64,000 bases of DNA from Geopsychrobacteraceae bacterium (GTDB taxonomy: Bacteria > Desulfobacterota > Desulfuromonadia > Desulfuromonadales > Geopsychrobacteraceae): positions 672,001 to 736,000 of the forward strand of contig CAXXTB010000002.1 of assembly GCA_963676795.2 (NCBI GenBank), read 5' to 3'. Below the pieces are notes generated by a model. It was given only the letters and a program-made list of their open reading frames with translations, was not told the DNA's origin and did not search any database. The translations under genes were made by a program, and so were the position numbers. Every line of letters starts with the position of its first letter. Position 1 is the stretch's first letter. Positions 29,739-38,319 of this stretch are shown piece by piece.

Positions 29739-30464
29739 ATGCGCTGTTTTTATTATCCGGTTCAGGCCTTTGTGCCGGGAGAGAGTCTGGAGTTGTCCGC
29801 AGAACTTAAGAGGCATATTCTGACGGTTCTGAGGCTCAAGGATGGCCAGCCGATCGTCCTGTTTGACGGTTGCGGACAGGTGGCGAATTGTCGACTCGGC
29901 GGTGACGGGGTGGCGGCAGTTGAACAGGTTTATCAGGCGCCGACTCCCCGCTGCGAACTGACTTTGATTCAGGGGCTGCCAAAGGGCGAGAAGCTGGAGT
30001 TGATCCTGCAGAAAGGAACCGAACTCGGCGTCAATCGCTTTATCCTGGTGCCGATGGAGCGGAGTGTCGGTTCTCTCAAAGAGGGGCGGCAGGATAAGAA
30101 AATTCAGCGCTGGGAAAAGATCATCCAGGAGGCCGCGCGGCAATGCCGGCAGTTTTATCTGCCGACACTCGATGTCTGTTCCTACGATGACGCCCTCCGG
30201 CGCGCTGATGCCGACCTCAGGTTATTGCTCTGGGAAGACAGCTCGGCTCCGCTCGATCAGGTCATCAGCAAGGCCTCTCCTCGTTCCGCTGCCGTTATCG
30301 TCGGACCGGAAGGGGGGATCAGCGAGGCGGAAGGAGCACAGGCTGTCCGCTCCGGGTACAGCAGTGTCAGTATGGGGCCGCGGATCCTGCGCACGGAGAC
30401 CGCTGGTCTGGCAATGATTTCGGTATTACAATATATATTCGGGGATATGGCTCTGGGCCACTAG
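29739..30464 (+). CDS. rsmE: 16S rRNA m3U1498 methyltransferase
   Basis: H..VLRL, QKGTELGV, EAARQC, IVGPEGG, MGPRILRTETAG. Confidence 0.95.
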   Translation: MRCFYYPVQAFVPGESLELSAELKRHILTVLRLKDGQPIVLFDGCGQVANCRLGGDGVAAVEQVYQAPTPRCELTLIQGLPKGEKLELILQKGTELGVNRFILVPMERSVGSLKEGRQDKKIQRWEKIIQEAARQCRQFYLPTLDVCSYDDALRRADADLRLLLWEDSSAPLDQVISKASPRSAAVIVGPEGGISEAEGAQAVRSGYSSVSMGPRILRTETAGLAMISVLQYIFGDMALGH

Positions 30465-30512
30465 CCTGGCAGACGATGTGAACGCTTTTTTGTTCAAAGG
30501 AAGGGAAACAGC

Positions 30513-32060
30513 ATGAGGTGTCCTAAGTGCGGTTACAACAGTTTTGATCATCTCGATACCTGTAAAAAGTGTGGTAAGGACCTGATCGAATTCAAGGAAA
30601 AGTTCGGCATCAAGAGCGTTCTCTTTCCTGGCCGGTCCGGGCGTAGTGAGGATGTCGTCGAGGAGCTTCACGAGGATGTCGCTGATGTCGCTGTCGCTGC
30701 GACGGCCGCGGCTGTTGGAGCAGCCTCAGCCGATGTCGGGGCCTTGGGCGTGGAAGAGGACTTCGGTGTTGAGCCACCAGCGGCGTCTGCCGGTGAAAGC
30801 GATGATTTCGGTTTCGATTTCATGGGCGACAGCGCAGAGGACGATGATCTCTCTTTTGACGAGCTTTTCGAGGAAGCCGCCGAGGAGGAAGACCTTGAAG
30901 AGTCGATCGAGGGGCCGGCTGACAAGACGCCGGAGCCTTCTGCTGAAAACACGGCTGCTGATGATTTCGATTTCCCGGAAGATGAGGACGAGGAGCTTGA
31001 CGATTTCGGTTTCGATCTCGATGAGCCTGAAGGTGGGGAAAAGGGGGACCCCAAAGACCCTTTTGACTTACCGGAGTCTGCGCCGAATGCGTGGGCTCCG
31101 GAATCCCCGGAAAACCTCAGTGCTGAAGAATCGGACGGTGCGGCAGCTGGTGATCTTGCGGATGGCCATTCCTCTCCGGTTGATGAGCTGCCGGTATTGG
31201 ACGAAGTCTGCCTGCCTCTGACCGAAACTTTTGAAATCTCTGAAGCGGAGTCAAGAGGGGCTGGTGATGAACTGGAAAAGCCCGAACCGGTTGCCGAGTT
31301 CAGTGAGCCATTTGTCATCCCGGCTGAGGACGGCATAGCCTCTTTGCCTGAGCCAGACACTGATGCTGAAGAGTTCGCGTGCGTAGAATTGTCCGACAAC
31401 GCAGAGGCCGGGCAAGCCGTGCTTGCTGCTCAGCTTCCTGAGTTTGAGGAACCGGAGACCCTTGCTGCCGGTGAGTCTTTTGCGCTGCAGACCGAGCCGG
31501 AACAAGAGCCAGAGCCAGTTATCTCCAGCTCCGAAGCCATTGCAACTGCTGTCTATGAAGAAGAGGCCGTGACTGAGGATGACTCTGTCGAGTTGATCCT
31601 CATGCCTGGCGAGGTTCCTGCGGTGGCGAGTCGCATTCTGGCCTTTGTCTATGACCTGACGCTGCTGCTGATTGTCCTGGTGGCCTTTATGGTCGTTTCA
31701 GAGATGGCGATGTCGAGTGGCCCCCTGCGCCTGATTCCATCTGCTGAAACCTTGCTGGAGCTGTCGATCCCCTATTTTCTGGTGGCCTTTGCGCTGGTCT
31801 TCGGCTATTTCACCATGTTTCACTTTTTGACCGGACAGACTCCGGGCAAGATGCTGACCAGTTTACGTGTCGAATCTGTCGAGCGTGAACCTTTGTCACT
31901 GGGACAGGCTTTTCTGCGCAGTTTCGGTGGCGTGATTCAGCTGATTCCTGTCGGGCTTGGTTTCCTTTCCATTCTGCTCTATCCCTATCGGCGGGGATTG
32001 AGCGATCGTCTCGCAGGAACCCTGGTGGTCAGCGTTAAAGCCGGTGTTCCGCAAGACTAG
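30513..32060 (+). CDS. Zinc-ribbon / acidic low-complexity / RDD-domain membrane protein
   Basis: N-terminal CPKC...CKKC, a long D/E-rich region, and C-terminal RILAFVYD...GQTPGKML...R...RGLSDRLAGT RDD motifs. Confidence 0.85.
   Translation: MRCPKCGYNSFDHLDTCKKCGKDLIEFKEKFGIKSVLFPGRSGRSEDVVEELHEDVADVAVAATAAAVGAASADVGALGVEEDFGVEPPAASAGESDDFGFDFMGDSAEDDDLSFDELFEEAAEEEDLEESIEGPADKTPEPSAENTAADDFDFPEDEDEELDDFGFDLDEPEGGEKGDPKDPFDLPESAPNAWAPESPENLSAEESDGAAAGDLADGHSSPVDELPVLDEVCLPLTETFEISEAESRGAGDELEKPEPVAEFSEPFVIPAEDGIASLPEPDTDAEEFACVELSDNAEAGQAVLAAQLPEFEEPETLAAGESFALQTEPEQEPEPVISSSEAIATAVYEEEAVTEDDSVELILMPGEVPAVASRILAFVYDLTLLLIVLVAFMVVSEMAMSSGPLRLIPSAETLLELSIPYFLVAFALVFGYFTMFHFLTGQTPGKMLTSLRVESVEREPLSLGQAFLRSFGGVIQLIPVGLGFLSILLYPYRRGLSDRLAGTLVVSVKAGVPQD
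31041..31101 (+). promoter_or_regulatory. Putative -1 programmed ribosomal frameshift cassette
   Basis: AAGGGGG (31041-47), 10 nt, in-register slippery C_CCT_TTT (31058-64) with TGA in the -1 frame, a 6-nt spacer, and a 13-bp hairpin (31071-31101). Confidence 0.6.
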
Positions 32061-32086
32061 CCGGCAAAAACCTGATAACGGTTCAG

Positions 32087-32704
32087 TTATCCCATTCTCA
32101 GGCGAATAAAACTCTGCAGATCCGGGCACTTGAAGAAGTCGTTGTTGCCAAGTTCCCACTGCAGGGTTGAGGTTGGCGTCGGACCGTAGTTATGACCCGG
32201 GTAGACCTCCCAAGCGGACGGAAGGGCTTTCAGCCTCTGCAGGCTGGCGTAGAGCTGTTCGACATCGCTGCCAGGCAGGTCCGCGCGTCCGCAGCGGCTG
32301 ACAAACAGGGTATCCCCGGTCACCAGTTTGCCGTCACAGTTGAAGACCAGTCCTCCGGGAGTGTGCCCAGGCGTATGCAGGACCTCAATGGCTGAATGCC
32401 CCAAGGTGATTTTGTCCCCATCCTGCAGGTGGATTTCTGCTGTCGGAACGTCGAGTGGATGAGCCGCCAGCTGCGCCGCCGTCTGTTCGAGAATGGTTCC
32501 ATTTCCTGCGATATGATCCCTGTGTCCGTGCGTGTTCAGCAGGTAGCGCAGTTCAATGCCCAGTTCCCTGGCTTTATCGAGCAGCCTTTGCGGGTAGAAG
32601 GACGGATCGATAGCTGCTCCCTGCAGGGTTTCGGGACAGTAGACCAGGTAGGAAAAGTTCTCCATGTCGCTGGCCGGAATCTGCTCGATGCTTAATATCC
32701 CCAT
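32087..32704 (-). CDS. MBL-fold metallo-hydrolase (glyoxalase II/ETHE1-like)
   Basis: NTHGHRDHIAG, HTPGHTPG, TGDTLF..CGR.D, YPGH.Y. Confidence 0.92.
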   Translation of the reverse strand: MGILSIEQIPASDMENFSYLVYCPETLQGAAIDPSFYPQRLLDKARELGIELRYLLNTHGHRDHIAGNGTILEQTAAQLAAHPLDVPTAEIHLQDGDKITLGHSAIEVLHTPGHTPGGLVFNCDGKLVTGDTLFVSRCGRADLPGSDVEQLYASLQRLKALPSAWEVYPGHNYGPTPTSTLQWELGNNDFFKCPDLQSFIRLRMG

Positions 32705-32913
32705 GGGTTTTTCAGCTCCTCGGTAGCAATCAGTCTGATTTCGTTGTCGATGATTTTGAAGCGTTGCCCTGTCGAGCGGACCAGCCACTCGTCACCTTCC
32801 TCTGGGGGGAGGGGGAATTCGCGGTTGCCAAGATAGACATCTTCGTTATCGATAATGGCCCACCAGTCGAGAGCGCCGGTCTGCCAGATTTTTGTTTTCA
32901 GGGAAAAAGCCAT
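32692..32913 (-). CDS. Small hypothetical protein (73 aa)
   Basis: ATG after an AAGAGA SD; Trp-rich, protein-like sequence MAFSLKTKIWQTGALDWW...; overlaps the MBL start. Confidence 0.7.
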   Translation of the reverse strand: MAFSLKTKIWQTGALDWWAIIDNEDVYLGNREFPLPPEEGDEWLVRSTGQRFKIIDNEIRLIATEELKNPWGY

Positions 32914-33019
32914 AATTATTTCTCTTCTTTTTGGATGAATAGCCGTTGAGTCTGACGATATGCTGTGCCTATAGTAGCAAAGAAGCCAGTCGATCAACAA
33001 CCGCAGGACGGGGTGGAAT

Positions 33020-33859
33020 ATGAAATTTACCAAAATGCACGGGGCCGGCAACGATTATGTCTATATCAATTGCTTCGAAGAGCAGGTCGATCGTCCCCGG
33101 GAATTGGCCGTCGAAGTCAGCCAGCGCAATTTCGGCATCGGTTCCGACGGGTTGATACTGATCATGCCGTCAGCTGTCGCCGACGTGCGCATGCGGATGT
33201 TCAATGCCGATGGCAGTGAGGCGGAGATGTGCGGCAACGGCGTTCGCTGTGTGGCCAAATACGCCCATGATCATGGCCTCGTCGATAAAACGCAGATTCG
33301 GGTTGAAACCGGCAACGGGGTTCTTGATCTGGCCCTTGAAGTCGGCAGCTCCGGCCGGGTCGAGCGGGTCACGGTCAATATGGGAACACCCGGATTGACC
33401 CGTGGCGTTCTACCGATGACCGGAGCGGCCGATGAGCAGGTTGTCAGCTTACCGGTCGAGGTGGACGGGCAGACCTTTGAGATCACCTGTGTCTCGATGG
33501 GGAACCCCCATTGCGTCATCTATGTCGCTGATGTCGACAGTTTTCCGGTCGCCGAAGTCGGACCGAAGTTGGAAAATCATCCGCTGTTTCCCAAGCGAAT
33601 CAATGTCGAGTTCGTCCAGGTTGTCAGCCCCTCTGAAGTTCGCCAGCGGACCTGGGAACGTGGGGCAGGGGAGACTCTGGCCTGCGGGACCGGCGCATCG
33701 GCGGTTACCGTCGCCGGGGTGCTGACCGGGAAGACAGAGCGCAGGATCGTCAATCACCTGCGTGGCGGGGATCTGCAGCTGGAATGGCTGGAGGACGGAC
33801 CGGTGATGATGACAGGACCGGCTGTCGAGGTTTTCAGCGGAGACTATCAGGTGGGCTAA
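33020..33859 (+). CDS. dapF: Diaminopimelate epimerase
   Basis: KFTKMHGAGND, EMCGNG, SMGNPH, ERGAGETLACGTGA. Confidence 0.97.
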   Translation: MKFTKMHGAGNDYVYINCFEEQVDRPRELAVEVSQRNFGIGSDGLILIMPSAVADVRMRMFNADGSEAEMCGNGVRCVAKYAHDHGLVDKTQIRVETGNGVLDLALEVGSSGRVERVTVNMGTPGLTRGVLPMTGAADEQVVSLPVEVDGQTFEITCVSMGNPHCVIYVADVDSFPVAEVGPKLENHPLFPKRINVEFVQVVSPSEVRQRTWERGAGETLACGTGASAVTVAGVLTGKTERRIVNHLRGGDLQLEWLEDGPVMMTGPAVEVFSGDYQVG

Positions 33860-33861
33860 CT

Positions 33862-34506
33862 ATGCAGGCTGTTCTTTTTGATCTGGATAACACCCTTTAC
33901 CCCGCCGAGTGTGATCTGTTCTCTCTGATCGATGTGCGCATCAACCGTTACATGGAGGAGATCGTGTCGATCCCGGCCGACGCTGTCGACCTGTTGCGGC
34001 GTGATTACTGGAAGAATTACGGGACAACCCTGATGGGGCTGATGCTGCATCATCAGGTCAACCCGGAGGATTATCTCGATTATGTCCATGATATCGACGT
34101 CAGCAGCCGGGTCAGCCGGGATGGCCACCTGCGTGAGTCGCTGGAGAGCCTGCCGGTTCCCTGTTACGTCTTTACCAACGGCTCACGCTGTCATGCCGAC
34201 CGGGTCGTTGCCGCCCTGGGACTGGAAGGGCTGTTTGCCGATGTCTTCGATATCCGGGTGGCGGACTATCAGCCGAAACCGAACCTCGGGCCCTATCGGC
34301 AGGTTCTGAAGCACATCGGGCTGGGTGGCTCCGAGTGCATCATGGTCGAAGATCAGCCGCAGAACCTCACACCGGCCAAGCAGCTGGGCATGCGGACCAT
34401 CCTGGTCGGCCAGAAGAACCCGGCCGACAGCTCCCATATCGATGCCCGGGTCTCCTGTTCTGCCGAGGTGGCCAGGGTTTATCATGACTGGAAGGACTCG
34501 AAATAG
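33862..34506 (+). CDS. HAD pyrimidine 5'-nucleotidase
   Basis: LFDLDNTLY, YGTTL.GL, FTNG, KP, MVED...NL..AK.LGM.T. Confidence 0.9.
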   Translation: MQAVLFDLDNTLYPAECDLFSLIDVRINRYMEEIVSIPADAVDLLRRDYWKNYGTTLMGLMLHHQVNPEDYLDYVHDIDVSSRVSRDGHLRESLESLPVPCYVFTNGSRCHADRVVAALGLEGLFADVFDIRVADYQPKPNLGPYRQVLKHIGLGGSECIMVEDQPQNLTPAKQLGMRTILVGQKNPADSSHIDARVSCSAEVARVYHDWKDSK

Positions 34507-35379
34507 GTGCCGGGTGTGACTGCAGCTGCGCCTCTGATCGGTGCCCATGTCTCGATCTCGGGTGGAATTGAAAAGGCTTTTGCCCGAGGCGAAGAGGTGG
34601 GGTGCTCGGCGATTCAGCTGTTTACCCGTAATGCCAGCCGCTGGGTGGCCCCGCCGTTGAAGGACCAGTCGATCAAGGCTTTTCGTGAGGCCAGAGAACG
34701 CAGTGGCATCCGTTATGTTGTCGCCCACGACAGCTATCTGATCAATCTGGCCAGCCCTGATGAAGAATTACGCCTCAGATCGATCACGACCTTTCTTGAT
34801 GAAATGCTGCGCTGTCAGCAGCTGGGAATCCCCGATCTGGTCATGCATCCGGGGGCGCATGTCGGTAGTGGTGTCGAGGCCGGCTTGCAGCAGGTGATTG
34901 CCAGTTTCAGAACTATTTTGAGCGAAGCGCCTGCCGGTGTCAGGATTCTGATCGAAAATACCGCAGGGCAGGGGAGCTCGCTGGGGGCGCGTTTTGAAGA
35001 GCTTGCCACCTTGCTTGAGGCCTTTGGTGATGCACGTTTTGCCGTCTGTTTCGATACCTGCCATGCTTTTGCCGCGGGCTATGATTTGCGCAGCGCGGAG
35101 AGCTGTCGTGAGGTTCTGGCTGAATTCGACCGCCTGATCGGTCTCGAGCAGCTGGCACTGTTTCATTTCAACGATTCGAAGAAGCCCCTCGGATCAAGGG
35201 TTGATCGACATGATTTTGTCGCCAAGGGGCAGATCGGTCCGGCCGGGTTCAGGGCCATCATGCGTGATTCGCGCTTTGCGCAGGTGGCCAAGATTATTGA
35301 AACGCCGCCCGGTGAAGATCATTGCCATGACCTTGAAACCTTTGACCTGTTACGTGCCATGGCCGCAGGAGAGATATAG
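34507..35379 (+). CDS. nfo: Endonuclease IV
   Basis: GAHVSISGG, HDSYLINLAS, MHPG, IENTAGQG, CFDTCH, HFNDS, DRH, IET. Confidence 0.95.
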   Translation: MPGVTAAAPLIGAHVSISGGIEKAFARGEEVGCSAIQLFTRNASRWVAPPLKDQSIKAFREARERSGIRYVVAHDSYLINLASPDEELRLRSITTFLDEMLRCQQLGIPDLVMHPGAHVGSGVEAGLQQVIASFRTILSEAPAGVRILIENTAGQGSSLGARFEELATLLEAFGDARFAVCFDTCHAFAAGYDLRSAESCREVLAEFDRLIGLEQLALFHFNDSKKPLGSRVDRHDFVAKGQIGPAGFRAIMRDSRFAQVAKIIETPPGEDHCHDLETFDLLRAMAAGEI

Positions 35380-35829
35380 ATGAAAGCTGTCGTTCAGCGG
35401 GTCAGTTCGGCCAGCGTCACCGTCGATGATGAGCGGATCGCCGCAATTGCAGGTGGATTGCTTGTCCTGCTCGGGGTCGAGCAGGGGGACGAAAAGAAGG
35501 ATGCGGACTACCTGGCGGACAAGATATCCGGCTTGCGGATCTTTGAGGATGGTGAGGGGAAAATGAACCTGTCGGTCAGGGATTGCACCGGAAAGCTGCT
35601 GGTTGTCTCCCAGTTCACCCTGCTGGCAGACTGTCGCAAAGGCAAGCGTCCCGGCTTTTCCCAGGCGGCGGCTCCGGAGCTGGCCGAACCGCTCTGCGAT
35701 TATTTCTGTCAAGCCGTGCGCAACACGGGGCTTGAGGTCGAAACGGGCCGATTCCGGGCCGATATGCAGGTCGGACTGGTCAACGATGGGCCGGTGACTA
35801 TCATTCTCGACAGCCGCAAGCGTTTTTAA
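35380..35829 (+). CDS. dtd: D-aminoacyl-tRNA deacylase
   Basis: [19 protein letters not shown]. Confidence 0.97.
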   Translation: MKAVVQRVSSASVTVDDERIAAIAGGLLVLLGVEQGDEKKDADYLADKISGLRIFEDGEGKMNLSVRDCTGKLLVVSQFTLLADCRKGKRPGFSQAAAPELAEPLCDYFCQAVRNTGLEVETGRFRADMQVGLVNDGPVTIILDSRKRF

Positions 35830-35890
35830 CGCTTACTCGGCAAGCTATCTTCATTTTCTTAGGCTTCACAAATAATTAAAGACCAAGATC

Positions 35891-35960
35891 ACGGGGTCGC
35901 GGCCCCGTACGCCGCCGTACTTTTTGGCCGGAGCCCCAAAAAGTACGCAAAAATGGCTCT
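35891..35960. repeat. REP/MITE-like double-hairpin element
   Basis: ACGGGGT-CGCG-GCCCCGT, then CGTACTTTTTGG-N8-CCAAAAAGTACG (perfect 12 bp), then CAAAAA. Confidence 0.65.
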
Positions 35961-36129
35961 TTAATTTGTCATTTACCGGTTTTCATCTCTTCGTGAGGTT
36001 CTCACCAGCAATTTACAGCGCGCCCCACGATGAGCAAGCTCACCTGATGGGCAGAACCGGAAAAACTTCGCGGTGCGAAGTTTTGATGACAGTTGAAACA
36101 ACCCGGTCGGTTTGTCTGCGGTCAAAAAT

Positions 36130-36160
36130 AAAAAACCCCGTTATGAAAACGGGGTTTTTA
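36130..36160. terminator. Bidirectional intrinsic terminator between convergent dtd and trxA
   Basis: AAAAACCCCGTT / AACGGGGTTTTT stem with A- and T-tracts on either side. Confidence 0.85.
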
Positions 36161-36182
36161 CTACTGACTTTGAATCTGGCTC

Positions 36183-36512
36183 TTAAAGGGCTTTGTTCAG
36201 CAGAGCTTCGATCTGGTTCTTGGGAACGGCACCAACGAGTTGATCAACAACCTTACCATCCTTGAACAGAATCATGGTCGGAATGCCACGAACGCCATAC
36301 TGACCCGGGGTCGACGGGTTCTCATCGACGTTGACCTTGGCAATCTTGACCTTGCCGTCATATTCTTCGGCCAGTTGGTCGAGAACCGGGGCGATTGCTT
36401 TACATGGTGCACACCAGGAGGCCCAGAAATCAACAAGGATCGGGGCATCTGCTTTCAAAACGTCAGCTTCAAACTGAGCATCAGTAATTTCTAAGACTTT
36501 CTCGCTAGCCAT
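36183..36512 (-). CDS. trxA: Thioredoxin
   Basis: VDFWASWCAPCK, YGVRGIPT, VGAVPK. Confidence 0.95.
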   Translation of the reverse strand: MASEKVLEITDAQFEADVLKADAPILVDFWASWCAPCKAIAPVLDQLAEEYDGKVKIAKVNVDENPSTPGQYGVRGIPTMILFKDGKVVDQLVGAVPKNQIEALLNKAL

Positions 36513-36625
36513 TGGCAACTCCTCTTATAAAGTTTCTAGCGTAAATATGAAATCAATTGCATATCTTCAAAAATATATAGATAACGGTGGAAAAATCAAG
36601 TCGTAACGGCTTTTTTTTCACCGGC

Positions 36626-36654
36626 TTGACAGTTCGGAAATCGATTCATATCAT
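36626..36654 (+). promoter_or_regulatory. Sigma70 promoter for the SIS-domain gene
   Basis: TTGACA-17 nt-TATCAT. Confidence 0.7.
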
Positions 36655-36715
36655 GCGACAATTATTTGAAGATGCTATTCTTTTTTCAGACCTTATATTT
36701 TAATGGGATCTTAGA

Positions 36716-37291
36716 GTGAATCATATCGAAGCGCGCAGCGAAGAAATAGGCAAACTCATAGCCCGGTTCAGCTCGACACAGAGCGAAAAACTTACGTCCC
36801 TGGCCGACCAGATTGCAACACTGTTCGCCAGGGGTGGCCAACTGCTGGTTGCCGGCGGAGGTCAGATGCAACCTCTGGCGCAGCTGCTGGTGAGTGGTTT
36901 TGCCTTCCGCCTGGAGTTTGAGCGACCCAGTCTGCCTGCGGTTGCTGTCGGTTCGGACGCCATTCTCAACAGCCGCCTGCTTGCAGCCGGGTTCTATGAC
37001 CAGTTTCTGGTCCGTCATTACCGCTGTCTGACCAGCCATGACCACCTCGTCCTGTTGCTCAGTGACGGTTGTGGATCGTCTTCCCTGGAAATGCTGCGCG
37101 ACGAGGTGGCTGAGAATGATCAACCGCTTGCCCTGATTTCAGCGCGTGGTGAAGAGGATACGCTCTGCTGCCCGAATTTCGCCCAGGTTATCGATCTCGG
37201 CACCGCTCAGGTGGCCAGGCAGCAGGAGCTGGCCCTGTTCTGCTCTCATCTGCTCTGTGAACTGGTTGAGAAGAAATTGTTCGGACTCTAG
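36716..37291 (+). CDS. SIS-domain protein, degenerate GmhA/DiaA homologue
   Basis: F..GGQLLVAG, RLEFERPSLPA, and ARQQE...HLLCELVE align with the GmhA/DiaA layout, but catalytic motifs are altered. Confidence 0.7.
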   Translation: MNHIEARSEEIGKLIARFSSTQSEKLTSLADQIATLFARGGQLLVAGGGQMQPLAQLLVSGFAFRLEFERPSLPAVAVGSDAILNSRLLAAGFYDQFLVRHYRCLTSHDHLVLLLSDGCGSSSLEMLRDEVAENDQPLALISARGEEDTLCCPNFAQVIDLGTAQVARQQELALFCSHLLCELVEKKLFGL

Positions 37292-37461
37292 TGTCCCGTG
37301 CGGTCCTTTCAGCATTAACTGGATAGAATTAACCGCACGGGACACTAGCCCTTTGCTTTTTGAGCGCAGCACACTACAATACCTGTGTTAATTTATTGTG
37401 CTGCAAAGAGGGCGTTGCCTTGTTCTGAAGGTCGGCCCTATGGGGGTGAAAAAGGGGATTC

Positions 37462-38319
37462 ATGCAGATCTTACTGCTGTTTATTGCCACCTCAATTCTG
37501 TATCTGCTGGCTGCGGGATGCTATCTTACGGCGACCTTCACCAAGCGTGAAAGGTTTGCCCGTGCCGGGCGCTATCTCCTGTTGGGCGGAATTCTTGTTC
37601 AGACCGTCTATTTCGGTCTGCGTCACGCCACGGTCGGCGGTACGCCGGTGACCAGCCTCCAGGAAGCGCTGGCTTTTTTCGCCTGGTGCGTAGCTCTGCT
37701 GTTTTTCCTTCTCGATCTGCGTTTCCGGCTCTCGGCGATGGGCGTATTTGCCGTACCGCTGGCTTTTCTCATGATGCTGGGCAGCGCGGTCAGCCCGGCT
37801 GTCGAGGTCCAGCTCAACCCGATGCTGCGCAGCTGGCTGTTTCCGGTACATATTTCCTTTGCGTTCCTTGGCAATGCCGCGTTCGCCTTGTCCTGTGGTG
37901 CGGGTATCCTCTACCTGCTGCAGAACCGGATGCTCAAGAGCAAGCGTTTTACCGGACTCTATCAGTTACTGCCGTCTCTCGATGTGCTTGACAAAGTCAA
38001 TTACACCTGCCTGAGCATCGGTTTTCCGTTGATGACCCTGGGAATTATCAGTGGCGCATTCTGGGGACACCTGGCACTGGGGAGTTACTGGCGCTGGGAC
38101 CCCAAGGAGGTCTGGGCGCTGGTGACCTGGCTGCTCTATGCCGGGCTGTTGCACGGGCGTCTGACCGTCGGCTGGCGCGGTCGTAACGCCGCGATTTTTT
38201 CGATCATCGCCTTTCTGTTTCTGCTCTTCAGTTTTCTCGGTGTCAGCCTGTTCATGAACGGTTACCATACCTTTGAGGCTTTTTCCGCTCTAACTCAAGG
38301 GGCTGCTGGCCGTTTATGA
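37462..38319 (+). CDS. ccsA: Cytochrome c biogenesis protein CcsA/CcsB-like (HemX-type)
   Basis: PVHI, GFPLMTLGIISGAFW, WWD motif WRWDPKE, and C-terminal GYH. Confidence 0.88.
   Translation: MQILLLFIATSILYLLAAGCYLTATFTKRERFARAGRYLLLGGILVQTVYFGLRHATVGGTPVTSLQEALAFFAWCVALLFFLLDLRFRLSAMGVFAVPLAFLMMLGSAVSPAVEVQLNPMLRSWLFPVHISFAFLGNAAFALSCGAGILYLLQNRMLKSKRFTGLYQLLPSLDVLDKVNYTCLSIGFPLMTLGIISGAFWGHLALGSYWRWDPKEVWALVTWLLYAGLLHGRLTVGWRGRNAAIFSIIAFLFLLFSFLGVSLFMNGYHTFEAFSALTQGAAGRL

Noticed and set aside
31035..31056. GGGGAAAAG and CCCCAAAG as alternative slippery sites
   Set aside because: They are not phased as X_XXY_YYZ in the reading frame; only C_CCT_TTT is in register and correctly spaced from the hairpin.
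30646..31221. 191-aa overlapping plus-strand ORF in the RDD gene, as a possible frameshift product
   Set aside because: It is in the +1 frame, while the slippery site leads to the -1 frame and an immediate stop. Its Arg/Met/Ser richness is a by-product of GAN-rich codons.
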